Sequence record: NC_049851.1
Direction: 5' to 3' (one strand)
Length of the DNA: 64,000 nucleotides
How positions within the stretch are numbered: the stretch's first letter is position 1; the number at the start of each line of letters is the position of its first letter. The notes under the pieces are model-generated. The model ran no database searches. It was not told the DNA's origin and was given only the letters and a program-made list of their open reading frames with translations. Shown in pieces: positions 19,222 through 28,254 of the stretch. Made by a program: the position numbers and the translations under genes.

Positions 19222-19382
19222 AAATCCCCCTATCGGTTAAGGGCCTACACATGAGGGGCAGGCTTGCCCCGCACTTTCATGGTAGGACACCCCGCAAGAA
19301 AATCAAGCATATAAGGGTTTTCCTTACTTCTCATATGGTTACAAGTCTGTAAGACCGTATAGGGTCAGGCCCCAATCAGCAC

Positions 19383-19416
19383 AAAAGAAAAGGGGCCCCA
19401 TATGGGGCCCCTTTTT
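19383..19416. terminator. bidirectional intrinsic terminator
   Basis: AAAAGGGGCCCCA-TA-TGGGGCCCCTTTT. Confidence 0.8.
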
Positions 19417-19427
19417 GTACCGGACAG

Positions 19428-19715
19428 TTAAGCCGGTTCGTAATCCATCGAAAACCCGATGATATCGGATGCGAGCAGGACGCGCCGCGTGTTCACGCGA
19501 TCCGTGATCGTGTTCCGCTGTCGCGGGTCGGGATTGCTGACGACGACGTTACGGCATTCGTAGAGGATAAACAGCCCGTCTGCGGCATCCGCTTCCGTAG
19601 TGTCGTCGGTGCCTGTCAGGCTGTGTCCGGACGACAGGTGAACGGTTACGACTGCCCCCTCCGGGATACGTGCGATAACCGGATTCGGAATCGTTTCAAG
19701 GGTGATAGCGGTCAT
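19428..19715 (-). CDS. hypothetical protein
   Basis: GAGGA RBS. Confidence 0.7.
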   Translation of the reverse strand: MTAITLETIPNPVIARIPEGAVVTVHLSSGHSLTGTDDTTEADAADGLFILYECRNVVVSNPDPRQRNTITDRVNTRRVLLASDIIGFSMDYEPA

Positions 19716-19731
19716 GGTCTGTTCCTCCCCA

Positions 19732-19872
19732 TTACGCGAGTTTGCCGCGTGCGTCGTGCTTCTCACGGCGTGCCTTGCGTCGCGCCTGTTCACGCGTGCG
19801 CACCGCGTCGGCATCGCGTGCCGGGGCTTTGCGCGAGATACGTTCGAAATGTGCGTTGCCTTGCATTTGCAT
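19732..19872 (-). CDS. small basic protein (46 aa)
   Basis: read by hand; AAGGGA RBS after promoter 19936. Confidence 0.55.
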   Translation of the reverse strand: MQMQGNAHFERISRKAPARDADAVRTREQARRKARREKHDARGKLA

Positions 19873-19966
19873 GATGGTTCCCTTAGAGAAGGTTTGTTAA
19901 GTAAGTGTGTGTATCATACCGGGTTTAATTTCGTCCGTCAATTAAACCCGTACTAAAATTAGGCTT

Positions 19967-20107
19967 TTATGCTGCCTGCATGCCGCGCACTTGCCGGATT
20001 GCATCGCGCACTTGCTCACGTGCGAACGGGAACCGGCGCAGGTTGCGCAGACCGTAATTGATGCCGATAAATTCGATTGCCGTTTCGATATCGCGGAAGG
20101 TCTTCAT
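19967..20107 (-). CDS. hypothetical protein (46 aa)
   Basis: GGAG RBS; TAA inside the box. Confidence 0.6.
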   Translation of the reverse strand: MKTFRDIETAIEFIGINYGLRNLRRFPFAREQVRDAIRQVRGMQAA

Positions 20108-20120
20108 AGTGAACTCCAAA

Positions 20121-20564
20121 TTAAAAGAAAATGACGGTGCGCGCTTCCTCGTCAAAATCGACGCACATATTCCAATCACGGCCGCGCGACGTGACCATAT
20201 CGCATGCGTCAGTCAGCCGCGCGCCCAGACCCCCGGCTTTCAGTTCCGCGCGATCCCAGAAACCCGTGCCGTGACCCTGACTCGTCAAATACAGGTCATG
20301 CCCGAAAGACGCGAAGGGCCATTCGTGCGCACGCGCGCCCCCGAAGTCTTGCGCGCAGCGGTCGCCATAACCGGGGCGCGTAACCGCATCGATGCAATCC
20401 GCATGATACGCGAGCAGGAACGCACGAACGCCCTTTTCCACGTGTGCGCGCCCTTCCGGAGTCGCTTCGTAGTCGCTCGATTCGTCGGGGCTGTCGGCCC
20501 AGATAGCCGCGATGATGTAATGCCGAACGATGATATCGATTTGCGCGTCGCTGAAGTGTTGCAT
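20121..20564 (-). CDS. hypothetical phage/MGE protein (GHDLYLT-x3-HGTGFWDR motif)
   Basis: GAGG RBS after promoter 20630. Confidence 0.8.
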   Translation of the reverse strand: MQHFSDAQIDIIVRHYIIAAIWADSPDESSDYEATPEGRAHVEKGVRAFLLAYHADCIDAVTRPGYGDRCAQDFGGARAHEWPFASFGHDLYLTSQGHGTGFWDRAELKAGGLGARLTDACDMVTSRGRDWNMCVDFDEEARTVIFF

Positions 20565-20658
20565 GGTTGCCTCTAGGCGGTTAGTGCTGCGTTGAAAGTG
20601 ATGCTATTGTATGCGGCCCGTTCTAGAGCCGTCAACAATAACCCACTAATTCGAGGGG

Positions 20659-20940
20659 TTATTCTTCGACCCACAAGCTAGGATCGCACGACGTTTCAAT
20701 CCGGAAGTGCGACGCATCGCGATAACGGCGCACAAACAGGCGGCCGTGCTGCGCGTAGGTCATGCCTTCAGTCAGCCATGAAACATGGTGCAAATCGCCC
20801 GGCATCGGGGATTTGAGCGGCCCTGCGTGCGTGACACGAACGGGCGTGAATTCGTCAGGGAACAGCCGCGCATCGTAGCGCGTGCGCCGATAGTAGAGGG
20901 TCTTACCATCCACGTAATCCTGAAAGCATGCGGGTTTCAT
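20659..20940 (-). CDS. hypothetical protein
   Basis: AAGGGG RBS; TAA inside the box. Confidence 0.65.
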   Translation of the reverse strand: MKPACFQDYVDGKTLYYRRTRYDARLFPDEFTPVRVTHAGPLKSPMPGDLHHVSWLTEGMTYAQHGRLFVRRYRDASHFRIETSCDPSLWVEE

Positions 20941-20950
20941 GGTCGGCCCC

Positions 20951-21100
20951 TTACTCGGCATCGTACAGTGCGCACGCGTCGGCATAGCTAACGCCTTCGC
21001 ATTCCATGATCGTTTCGATCATGCGTTCGCGCTCGTCGGCTGCTGCCTCGTCGCGCATGTCGTCCATACCGTTCCGCCCCATCATTCCTACTTGTGCCAT
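20951..21100 (-). CDS. small acidic protein (49 aa)
   Basis: AAGGGG RBS after promoter 21161. Confidence 0.6.
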   Translation of the reverse strand: MAQVGMMGRNGMDDMRDEAAADERERMIETIMECEGVSYADACALYDAE

Positions 21101-21189
21101 TTCGTTCCCCTTCGGGTTCGTTGAATCGATGGACAAATAGTAACAGCCCCTTAGAGGGGCCGTCAACAATAACCACAAATAATTTGTGG

Positions 21190-21438
21190 TTATTCGGTGC
21201 GGAACAGGTGCGCGGGCGCGTCGTGCTCGTACCAGTAACGGGCATCGCGTAGCGTGTCATGACTGCCGACCGCGCGGCCGTCGATGCTGACGAGCCATCG
21301 ATTACGCGTAAGCGTCACCATACGCGCATGGGGCGGCCCGTCCGGGCTGTAGTTATCGCGTACCTGTACCAGTGCGCCGGACGGCGTGCAGGCCGCATAC
21401 AGCCCGGCCTCTACACGTTTCAGGGGCGGCCGGTTCAT
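21190..21438 (-). CDS. hypothetical protein
   Basis: ATGA overlap; TAA inside the box. Confidence 0.6.
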   Translation of the reverse strand: MNRPPLKRVEAGLYAACTPSGALVQVRDNYSPDGPPHARMVTLTRNRWLVSIDGRAVGSHDTLRDARYWYEHDAPAHLFRTE

Positions 21439-21929
21439 TCCGGTTTCCACGTCGAATAGGCGGCGGTGCGCGCAACGAATTGCGCGATAGCCGCGTCGAT
21501 CCGGGCGCACAGCTTCGCGTGGTGCGTTTCGTTGAGGGTCTGCCGACGCTTGCCCCCGGCTATCATGCGCACCCCAGCATGCACCACATACACGGCACCG
21601 GCCGGGCTTTCGACACGCCAGCTAGGCACGTTTCCGACGGTTGCCGTCTGTTCCACTTTCCAGCCCGCAACGTCGGGCCGGGCGGCGGCCGTAGCCGGGT
21701 CTGCGGCCCGCGCGCTCGCGATGGCCGGGGCCGTGCCCTTGTTCACGCGTGCCGACAGGTGCGCGACGTATGCGCGGAACGCATCGCCAATCGTGAACCC
21801 TGCGGGCAGTTCCGGAATCTCGCGCAGCAACGAATCGAACCCCCGCGCCCCTTTCTCGTAATCGAACCCGAGCACGGCCGCGAGCGCATCGCGGGCCGTC
21901 GGCGTCATTTGGTCATAAAGCTTTTTCAT
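21435..21929 (-). CDS. hypothetical protein
   Basis: AAGGGA RBS. Confidence 0.7.
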   Translation of the reverse strand: MKKLYDQMTPTARDALAAVLGFDYEKGARGFDSLLREIPELPAGFTIGDAFRAYVAHLSARVNKGTAPAIASARAADPATAAARPDVAGWKVEQTATVGNVPSWRVESPAGAVYVVHAGVRMIAGGKRRQTLNETHHAKLCARIDAAIAQFVARTAAYSTWKPE

Positions 21930-21942
21930 GGTGTCAAATCCC

Positions 21943-22635
21943 TTAACGGATCATGCGATGTTGGACGGTCACGAATGCTTGCCGGATCGCCCCGGCTTCG
22001 GTTTCCCACTCGTTAGCGGGCATCGGAAAACACGGATGCGACGCGAGCCACAGACCGGACGGCATGCACACGATATCGAACCCGAACGCGGCTACCACTT
22101 CCGCCTGAGACATGGTGTTAAGATCGCGTTGCATCACGCCCCCCTTGGCTTTGCGCGGTGCCCGGCCTGCGAGCATATACACGGTTTCGCGGTACTTGGC
22201 GCGGGCCTTTTTCAGTTCGTTCAGTGCGAACGATTCGGACAAAAGCGGCTCGCCTTCGTCTGCGTTCACTGCCGACAGGATAAGCGCGCCTGCACGGTGT
22301 TCAAGCCTTACGCGAACGCCCGCGCGTTCCACCTGTTCCACGTAGCCGCACGTCAGCGCGTACAGCGTAAGCGAGCCGTCCGCGTTTTTAAGCAATACGT
22401 CGGGGCGCACGCGTGCAACGCGTTGTTTGCCATGACGGCGCGCGAGCCACACGCGATAATGCCCCTCGTCGGTGCGGCCGTCGATATAGCGACGCGCGGC
22501 GTCGAGCGTCATAAACTCCCCATGCGTGACGCCTACAACAGTTCGCGCGTCGCCGTGCATGACGACAAAACCCTCGCGCGTGCTGCCGGTCAAAACGTCG
22601 TCAACGATAAAGAAACAGTTATGGATTTCGATCAT
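21943..22635 (-). CDS. hypothetical protein (230 aa)
   Basis: AAGGGG RBS after promoter 22704. Confidence 0.75.
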   Translation of the reverse strand: MIEIHNCFFIVDDVLTGSTREGFVVMHGDARTVVGVTHGEFMTLDAARRYIDGRTDEGHYRVWLARRHGKQRVARVRPDVLLKNADGSLTLYALTCGYVEQVERAGVRVRLEHRAGALILSAVNADEGEPLLSESFALNELKKARAKYRETVYMLAGRAPRKAKGGVMQRDLNTMSQAEVVAAFGFDIVCMPSGLWLASHPCFPMPANEWETEAGAIRQAFVTVQHRMIR

Positions 22636-22732
22636 GGTCAGCCCCTTTAGGCCGGTCTTTACTGCGTTGAAAGTGATTCTATTCTATGGGGCCTGCTGCC
22701 CCGTGTCAACAATAACCCCAGACTTTACTGGG

Positions 22733-23089
22733 TTATTCGTTGTCCATCATCCCGAGCCGGGCCCGGATCATTGACAGGCGTTCCGATACGGGCACGGCAC
22801 GGCCGCCGCCCAGACGAACCCATCCCGCGCCAGACGGGCACGCGTCAATGTCATGCACCCCGGAATAAGCGGCGCAAATGTCGGCCGCACTGTTAGCCTG
22901 TAGCAGCGTATAACCGGCCGTGCGCGCGTGCTGCGCAGCATCCCGGCCTGACTCCCACACGCGAGCATGCGCCCGGCCCGTCTTCTGTTCACCCTCCCCT
23001 ACAAACTGCGCGGGGCCCTGCGCGACGACACGCAGACGATAGCGCGTCGTGCCTTCGTGTTTCTGACGCATCACATACACTTGTTGCAT
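22733..23089 (-). CDS. hypothetical protein
   Basis: after promoter 23148; TAA inside the box. Confidence 0.7.
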   Translation of the reverse strand: MQQVYVMRQKHEGTTRYRLRVVAQGPAQFVGEGEQKTGRAHARVWESGRDAAQHARTAGYTLLQANSAADICAAYSGVHDIDACPSGAGWVRLGGGRAVPVSERLSMIRARLGMMDNE

Positions 23090-23186
23090 ACCCTTAAAAC
23101 TCCCGTTCGTGAATCGATGAGTGCAGTATGTGCGCGTGTGCCCGTACCGTCAACAGTACCAGACTAATTAACTCAGGTATTAGGGC

Positions 23187-23215
23187 AAAAGAAAAGGGCC
23201 CCTAGGGGCCCTTTT
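23187..23215. terminator. bidirectional intrinsic terminator
   Basis: AAAAGGGCCCC-TA-GGGGCCCTTTT. Confidence 0.8.
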
Positions 23216-23231
23216 GCGAGTGCGCGACGGA

Positions 23232-23639
23232 TCAACGATAGAGGTATTCCGTCCCCTCAATATCGATGGTCGAATAATCGACGCTCAGATTTTTGGCGGT
23301 CGCGTCCCAATCGATGACGAGATAGGACGGGATTTCGCGCGGCATGTCCCCGATATCGGACACCAATTGTTCACAATACTCCGTGAAGTGGCTGTCACGA
23401 ATCAGGCAGCCCGGATACCAATTACCCTCATATTGATGGTCGCCGCCTTCCCCGTTCAGTTCGGTCAGGATTTTTTCAAGCTGCTCCAGTTCGACCGCTT
23501 CGTCCGGGTTTTCGTCCGCCCAATCTGCGGCCCGGTCGTCGTCGCTGTCGTGCGTGTCGCGCTCGTCTTTCAGTTCGTCGTAACGGTCGCAAATGTCGGA
23601 CACGTTGATGATATCGGCGCTCAGGTCAAGATCGGACAT
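23232..23639 (-). CDS. ArdA-like antirestriction protein (acidic, DNA-mimic type)
   Basis: very Asp/Glu-rich; C-terminal IPSYLVIDWDATAKNLSVDY resembles the ArdA C-terminal Y(I)D(W/Y)EAxARDL motif. Confidence 0.6.
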   Translation of the reverse strand: MSDLDLSADIINVSDICDRYDELKDERDTHDSDDDRAADWADENPDEAVELEQLEKILTELNGEGGDHQYEGNWYPGCLIRDSHFTEYCEQLVSDIGDMPREIPSYLVIDWDATAKNLSVDYSTIDIEGTEYLYR

Positions 23640-23760
23640 GGTGTTTACTCTGCTGTTTGGTTAAGGTGTTACCAGTATAGATGGGAGAATTCCCTGCGTC
23701 AAGAATAACCCCGCATAGTGTAGGGATTATTCTTGACGGGGCCCGAAAGGGCCCGGGCCG

Positions 23761-24150
23761 TTATTCGGCGTCGTCTTCCTCGTCGGCCGTTTCGGTCGCT
23801 TGTTCCACGTCGGGCACTTCCGACGTGCGCCCGAGCGATTCAGCCAGTTCGCGGAACCATACGGCGTCGCACCCGTCCATATCCGTATATTCGGCCGCCA
23901 GTTCCGCAAACGTGCCTTCACGCCCAGCGTAAGGCGACGTGTAGAACGATTCCAGCGCGCCATCGCGCAAGATCGCCGCTTGAAAATCGGCGTTCGTCAG
24001 GAATACGAGCCCGCTATGCGTGTTGAACGCCGCTTGTACCGCTTCGGTGCTGAAGTCTTCGGGCAGGCCGCCATCGTTCCATGCTTGTAGGATCGCGATG
24101 AGTTCATCACGTTCGCGACGGCCCATGTTTGCCATGTTGGTAAGCGACAT
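23761..24150 (-). CDS. acidic hypothetical protein
   Basis: AAGGA RBS after promoter 24207. Confidence 0.75.
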   Translation of the reverse strand: MSLTNMANMGRRERDELIAILQAWNDGGLPEDFSTEAVQAAFNTHSGLVFLTNADFQAAILRDGALESFYTSPYAGREGTFAELAAEYTDMDGCDAVWFRELAESLGRTSEVPDVEQATETADEEDDAE

Positions 24151-24237
24151 TCGTTTGATTCCTTGTTCGTTCAGAGAGATTACATTGTGCCGGGTAGTGT
24201 TCTCTCTGTCAACAATACCCGAGTGCGGCGCGGGGTC

Positions 24238-24612
24238 TTACTTCGTCAACGCGCCCGACAGGCTTTTGACGCATGCGCCGTAAGCGGGCTCGCGTGCATC
24301 GTCGGGGCTCGCGCCCTTGAATGCGGCGCTGCTGTAAATCAGGGCCGCATTACCCTTCATCAGATCGACAAGCGGACGCGCGACGCCCGCAAACGTGCGT
24401 TCGATATCGGCCTGAGTTTCCGCGAGCGTCACCCCGCTATCACGTGCGCGAACCGACAAAACCGCAACGTCAGCAACGCCGTTACACGTCTGCGAAATGT
24501 TCGCCTTTTCTTCCGCCGTGAGCGGCGCAGCCTGCGCCGGAACCCCAGCCCCGCACGATGCGGCAGTCGCGAGCGCAGCGAACGCGACTGCGGAAACGGT
24601 ACGTTTGAACAT
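24238..24612 (-). CDS. putative exported protein
   Basis: signal-peptide-like MFKRTVSAVAFAALATAASCGAGVPAQA; two further Cys. Confidence 0.7.
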   Translation of the reverse strand: MFKRTVSAVAFAALATAASCGAGVPAQAAPLTAEEKANISQTCNGVADVAVLSVRARDSGVTLAETQADIERTFAGVARPLVDLMKGNAALIYSSAAFKGASPDDAREPAYGACVKSLSGALTK

Positions 24613-24693
24613 GCTTGATTCTCCGGTTATGCGTCTGTTGAAAGTGAGTCTATTGTATGCGGGCCCGTGTAGGCCCGTCAACAATAAACCCCT

Positions 24694-25050
24694 TTACCCT
24701 AGGGTCTTCGCGATCCGACGCGCCCAGCGTCGAGCATAGCCCGCGCGTCGGCATCCGTGCGGATGCGTCGGCCCCGTGCCCTGCCCCAGACAATACAGAT
24801 AGGCGCGAAGGGCTGCATTGATGCTTTCCGGGGTTGCGCCCAGTTCACGCGCAAGATTTTTGCGCCTCAGTCTGAGCAACGCCATAAGGCTGTCTGCCTC
24901 ATACGTGTAACGTTCGTGTTTCAGGCCCGCATGCGCCATGATGCACGAATCGATTGAGACACGGGCGCGCGGTTGCATAGCCGCCGCCCAGCCCGGAACC
25001 GGGGCCTTTCGTTGTCGCCAATATTCGGCGTGTTCGCCTGTCACGATCAT
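24694..25050 (-). CDS. basic hypothetical protein
   Basis: ATGA overlap; runs into the box. Confidence 0.6.
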   Translation of the reverse strand: MIVTGEHAEYWRQRKAPVPGWAAAMQPRARVSIDSCIMAHAGLKHERYTYEADSLMALLRLRRKNLARELGATPESINAALRAYLYCLGQGTGPTHPHGCRRAGYARRWARRIAKTLG

Positions 25051-25343
25051 GACTTGAGCCCCCGCACGAAACGGCAGACACCCATGTACTGACGGCGACA
25101 ATCGGCCAGCCACGCGGCCCATGCTTCGGGGTATTCCCGGCCCCAGCCGATATAGAACCCGATCAAATCCTGATCGCGCCTTTGATTGCAGGACAGGGCG
25201 TCCGACAACGCGAATTTATCCACGTCGAGCCGTTCCAGTTGATCGCGGATCGAATCGACCAACATGCACCCCGAGCCACGCACCCATGCATAAAACTCGA
25301 ATTCGTTGATCGTGTCATCGGCAAACTTCACTTGGTTTTCCAT
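25047..25343 (-). CDS. hypothetical protein
   Basis: AAGGGG RBS after promoter 25402. Confidence 0.7.
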   Translation of the reverse strand: MENQVKFADDTINEFEFYAWVRGSGCMLVDSIRDQLERLDVDKFALSDALSCNQRRDQDLIGFYIGWGREYPEAWAAWLADCRRQYMGVCRFVRGLKS

Positions 25344-25430
25344 TTCGTTCCCCTTCCGGGTTCGTTGAGCGTGAAACCAGTATAGACGGGCGCGCGGCGC
25401 ACGTCAACAATAACCCCGTGCTCTATGGGG

Positions 25431-25853
25431 TTAAATCAAAATCATTTCCGTGTAACCCAGCGTCCGGGCAATTGCCAGCAGCGCATCATTACCCGCGCCC
25501 TGTTCGCACGACTCAAACGCGATTGGTGCGCCCGCGTCGTCGCGTATATCGATCCCTGCCGACACTAGGGCCCGGTCGAACGCGAGCCCGAACGATTCAC
25601 GCCCCGCGCTCGTCTTCGCCACGCCGTAACCTGACGTGGTAGCGGCCCCGCAACGAACCCACAGCGACGCATAGAGGTTCGTTGCGGACGTGCTGCGCGA
25701 TGCCCAGTAACGCAATTCGCACACGTGTTCAAGCTTACCCGTTACCGGGTTAAGGGCAACGAGGGAAACGGTGCGGATGCGTTCCTTCGTCCCGTCGTGC
25801 TGCTGCGCGTTATCCTGTTCACCCTTAAACGTTACTTGCATACGTTGCCTCAT
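25431..25853 (-). CDS. hypothetical phage protein
   Basis: ATGA overlap; TAA inside the box. Confidence 0.7.
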   Translation of the reverse strand: MRQRMQVTFKGEQDNAQQHDGTKERIRTVSLVALNPVTGKLEHVCELRYWASRSTSATNLYASLWVRCGAATTSGYGVAKTSAGRESFGLAFDRALVSAGIDIRDDAGAPIAFESCEQGAGNDALLAIARTLGYTEMILI

Positions 25854-26353
25854 TCCGCCGCATTCTTGCCAAGGTGTTCCGCGAGCGGTTCACCATTTTT
25901 CATCAGCGTAACCGACTCCCCGGCCGCGCGCCCCGTCCCCTCGTCGGACGTGATGACCCATGCATCATAGGCTGCATACGCGGCCGTTCGGTCGTCGCCT
26001 TCGTACACGGTGCCGACGTTACCGACGATGACGAGATAGCCCGTGTTCGTCGGGTTCGCGATGCCTTCAATGACTTCGATAGCTTGCTCGCGCGTGCTGT
26101 AGCGGTGGAACTCGCCCAGCGTTTCCACGTTGCCGGTTTCCCCGTCGATCTTGCGCACCGAAAATTTCGTGATCCCCGACGGGTTCGTTTCCTGCGAAAC
26201 GAAATAGTACGAGCCGAAAATCAGCCAGCCCCGGGCCGGAAGTCGGGTCTTGAAAAACTTCATTGCATCAGCATCGAACCAGTGCCCGTTAGGATTCTTT
26301 TCGGCGTAGTGCGCGCGAATCGTGGACATGGTGACGGTCTTAGCGTTTTTCAT
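25850..26353 (-). CDS. two-module hypothetical protein (GHWFD-x3-MKFF motif)
   Basis: AAGGGG RBS after promoter 26413. Confidence 0.75.
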   Translation of the reverse strand: MKNAKTVTMSTIRAHYAEKNPNGHWFDADAMKFFKTRLPARGWLIFGSYYFVSQETNPSGITKFSVRKIDGETGNVETLGEFHRYSTREQAIEVIEGIANPTNTGYLVIVGNVGTVYEGDDRTAAYAAYDAWVITSDEGTGRAAGESVTLMKNGEPLAEHLGKNAAE

Positions 26354-26451
26354 TTGGTGCCCCTTTAGGCGTCGTGATTGGATGACTGAATTATGCGCGG
26401 GCCCGTCTGGCGTGTCAACAATAACCCCAAAATTTTTATGGTTATTCAGGC

Positions 26452-26476
26452 AAAGAAAAAGCCCCGGCTGGGGCTT
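26452..26476 (-). terminator. intrinsic terminator
   Basis: AGCCCC-AGCC-GGGGCT followed by TTTTCTTT on the minus strand. Confidence 0.7.
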
Positions 26477-26627
26477 AGAGGATGCGGGCCGCCTGTATGG
26501 CCGCCGCTCGCGTTCGGGCCGTCCCGTGAGACTGGCCCCGCACGTCAAAAATTTCCCACAAGCGACGGTCGCCTACACGCTGCACGTAGCCGCGTAGCGT
26601 CCCCCGCTCGTCGTAAACCGGGGTCAT
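26475..26627 (-). CDS. hypothetical protein (50 aa)
   Basis: ATGA overlap; ends at the terminator. Confidence 0.55.
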   Translation of the reverse strand: MTPVYDERGTLRGYVQRVGDRRLWEIFDVRGQSHGTARTRAAAIQAARIL

Positions 26628-27301
26628 GATCCGCGCGTGTCGAGCACTTCCGCCGCTTCCGTAATCGTAAGGTTCGGCACGCCGTCCACCATCCACGTTT
26701 CGACCGTCTGCCCGGCAATCCGGCGCAGGTAGACGGAAACCGGGACATTACGCAACCGGCCATGTCGCGCGGCCCCGAACGCTGCGAGTTCGTCCGATTT
26801 TGCGGCAAACCGAGCGACAATGGATTCTGCGAAGTCAACCAGTTCACGGGCTGCCGCAAGCGGGATAGCCTTGTGCGGTTGCGGGGCCGCGACTCGCGCA
26901 ACCTCGTTTTCTGCGTCGCGTTGCTGGGTGAACGTGCCCCGTCCGTCAACGTACCAGTTACACACGATCCAATCACGGGCCCGCGTATGGATCGCGCAGC
27001 ACGTGACAGGCACGCCCCCGATATCTGCGGTTTCCGCATGATCGTCTTTCGACGTGCGGGCGATCTCGCGCGCTTCGTTCGCGAGTTTCGACAGTTCGGC
27101 CGAAATTTGATCGATGGTCATTACTTGTCCGTTCAACATGGCTTCGAATTCCATTTCATTTTCGAGAAAATACAGTTCGGGGGTGCCCGCGATAAGATGC
27201 CGGGCCGCCCGCGCTTGCTCGGCACGCCATTCCGGATTATCGGGGAATGCGCGCCGGGCCCGGGCTAGTTCGATCCGCAAGTGTAGCGCGAGCGGTGACA
27301 T
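26624..27301 (-). CDS. hypothetical protein (225 aa)
   Basis: TAATG overlap. Confidence 0.75.
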   Translation of the reverse strand: MSPLALHLRIELARARRAFPDNPEWRAEQARAARHLIAGTPELYFLENEMEFEAMLNGQVMTIDQISAELSKLANEAREIARTSKDDHAETADIGGVPVTCCAIHTRARDWIVCNWYVDGRGTFTQQRDAENEVARVAAPQPHKAIPLAAARELVDFAESIVARFAAKSDELAAFGAARHGRLRNVPVSVYLRRIAGQTVETWMVDGVPNLTITEAAEVLDTRGS

Positions 27302-27786
27302 TATGCGACGAGCCGCTTAACGGGTTCAACGCTGCGCGGGTGATAAACCCAGCGCAGTTCAGCCAGCAAGGGCGCGTATTCTTCCGGGGTTGCCAGCTTC
27401 AAATCGCGGCCCAGACTGCGCGACACTTCCCCATGCTGCCCCGTGTGCATGTAGGACATCACGTTACCCGGGTTGCAGTCTTTCGCGCTGTTACAGAAAA
27501 ACGCGATTACGTAACCCTCGCGAAACTTGCGGAACACGACACGCAACGCGGGCGGCGCAAACTTCGCGGCCCCGTAGCGCTGCGCGTCTTCGGACAGGGC
27601 GCGCACGCCCGAGGGGTCATGTGCATCCCGCGAGCCGTGAACGTCGACCAGATCGCCGCTGCGCTTATCGAATTGAAACGTGATCGGAACGCGGGGGCCA
27701 AACCCGGGCCATTTGCGCGCGAACGCTTCAACGTCTGCGGTCGTGCACTGCACGGTAAAGAATGCCCCATTATCATATGCTCGCAT
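27301..27786 (-). CDS. two-module hypothetical protein (VVFRKF...YMHTGQH motif)
   Basis: GAGG RBS after promoter 27851. Confidence 0.75.
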   Translation of the reverse strand: MRAYDNGAFFTVQCTTADVEAFARKWPGFGPRVPITFQFDKRSGDLVDVHGSRDAHDPSGVRALSEDAQRYGAAKFAPPALRVVFRKFREGYVIAFFCNSAKDCNPGNVMSYMHTGQHGEVSRSLGRDLKLATPEEYAPLLAELRWVYHPRSVEPVKRLVA

Positions 27787-27882
27787 GGTTGCCTCTAGGC
27801 GGTTGTGCTGCTGTTGAAAGTGAAACCAGTATAGGACGGGGCCGCCGCCCCGTCAACAATACCAGACTACCGCGAGGGGTCT

Positions 27883-28254
27883 TTATTCCGTGCCCCGCAA
27901 GCGACGTACAATTTCCGCGTGCGACAGGCCCGACATAAGACGGTCAATTTCCGCTTGCTCGTCCGCCTGCCGTCGCTCGTCTTCTGCTACCTGCCTAGCG
28001 AGTTCTGCGCGCCACTCTTTCAGGGCCCGCGCGCCCTTTTCCGTGCTGCGCGGATCAACCGACAGATAGAGCGTGACTTCGCGCCCCTCCCGGTCAACGA
28101 AAACGGGCGTGCCGCTATTTTTCACCACTACCGTGAAATGCGACTGAACCAGACGGTTTACGGTGTCGGCATCGATAGCCCCGCCAAACGATCCGCCCAC
28201 AACCTTCCGCGTGTTGTCGCTGTAGAGGCGCGTGTGATAGCTGATATTGCGCAT
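27883..28254 (-). CDS. hypothetical protein
   Basis: after promoter 28311; TAA abuts the box. Confidence 0.75.
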   Translation of the reverse strand: MRNISYHTRLYSDNTRKVVGGSFGGAIDADTVNRLVQSHFTVVVKNSGTPVFVDREGREVTLYLSVDPRSTEKGARALKEWRAELARQVAEDERRQADEQAEIDRLMSGLSHAEIVRRLRGTE

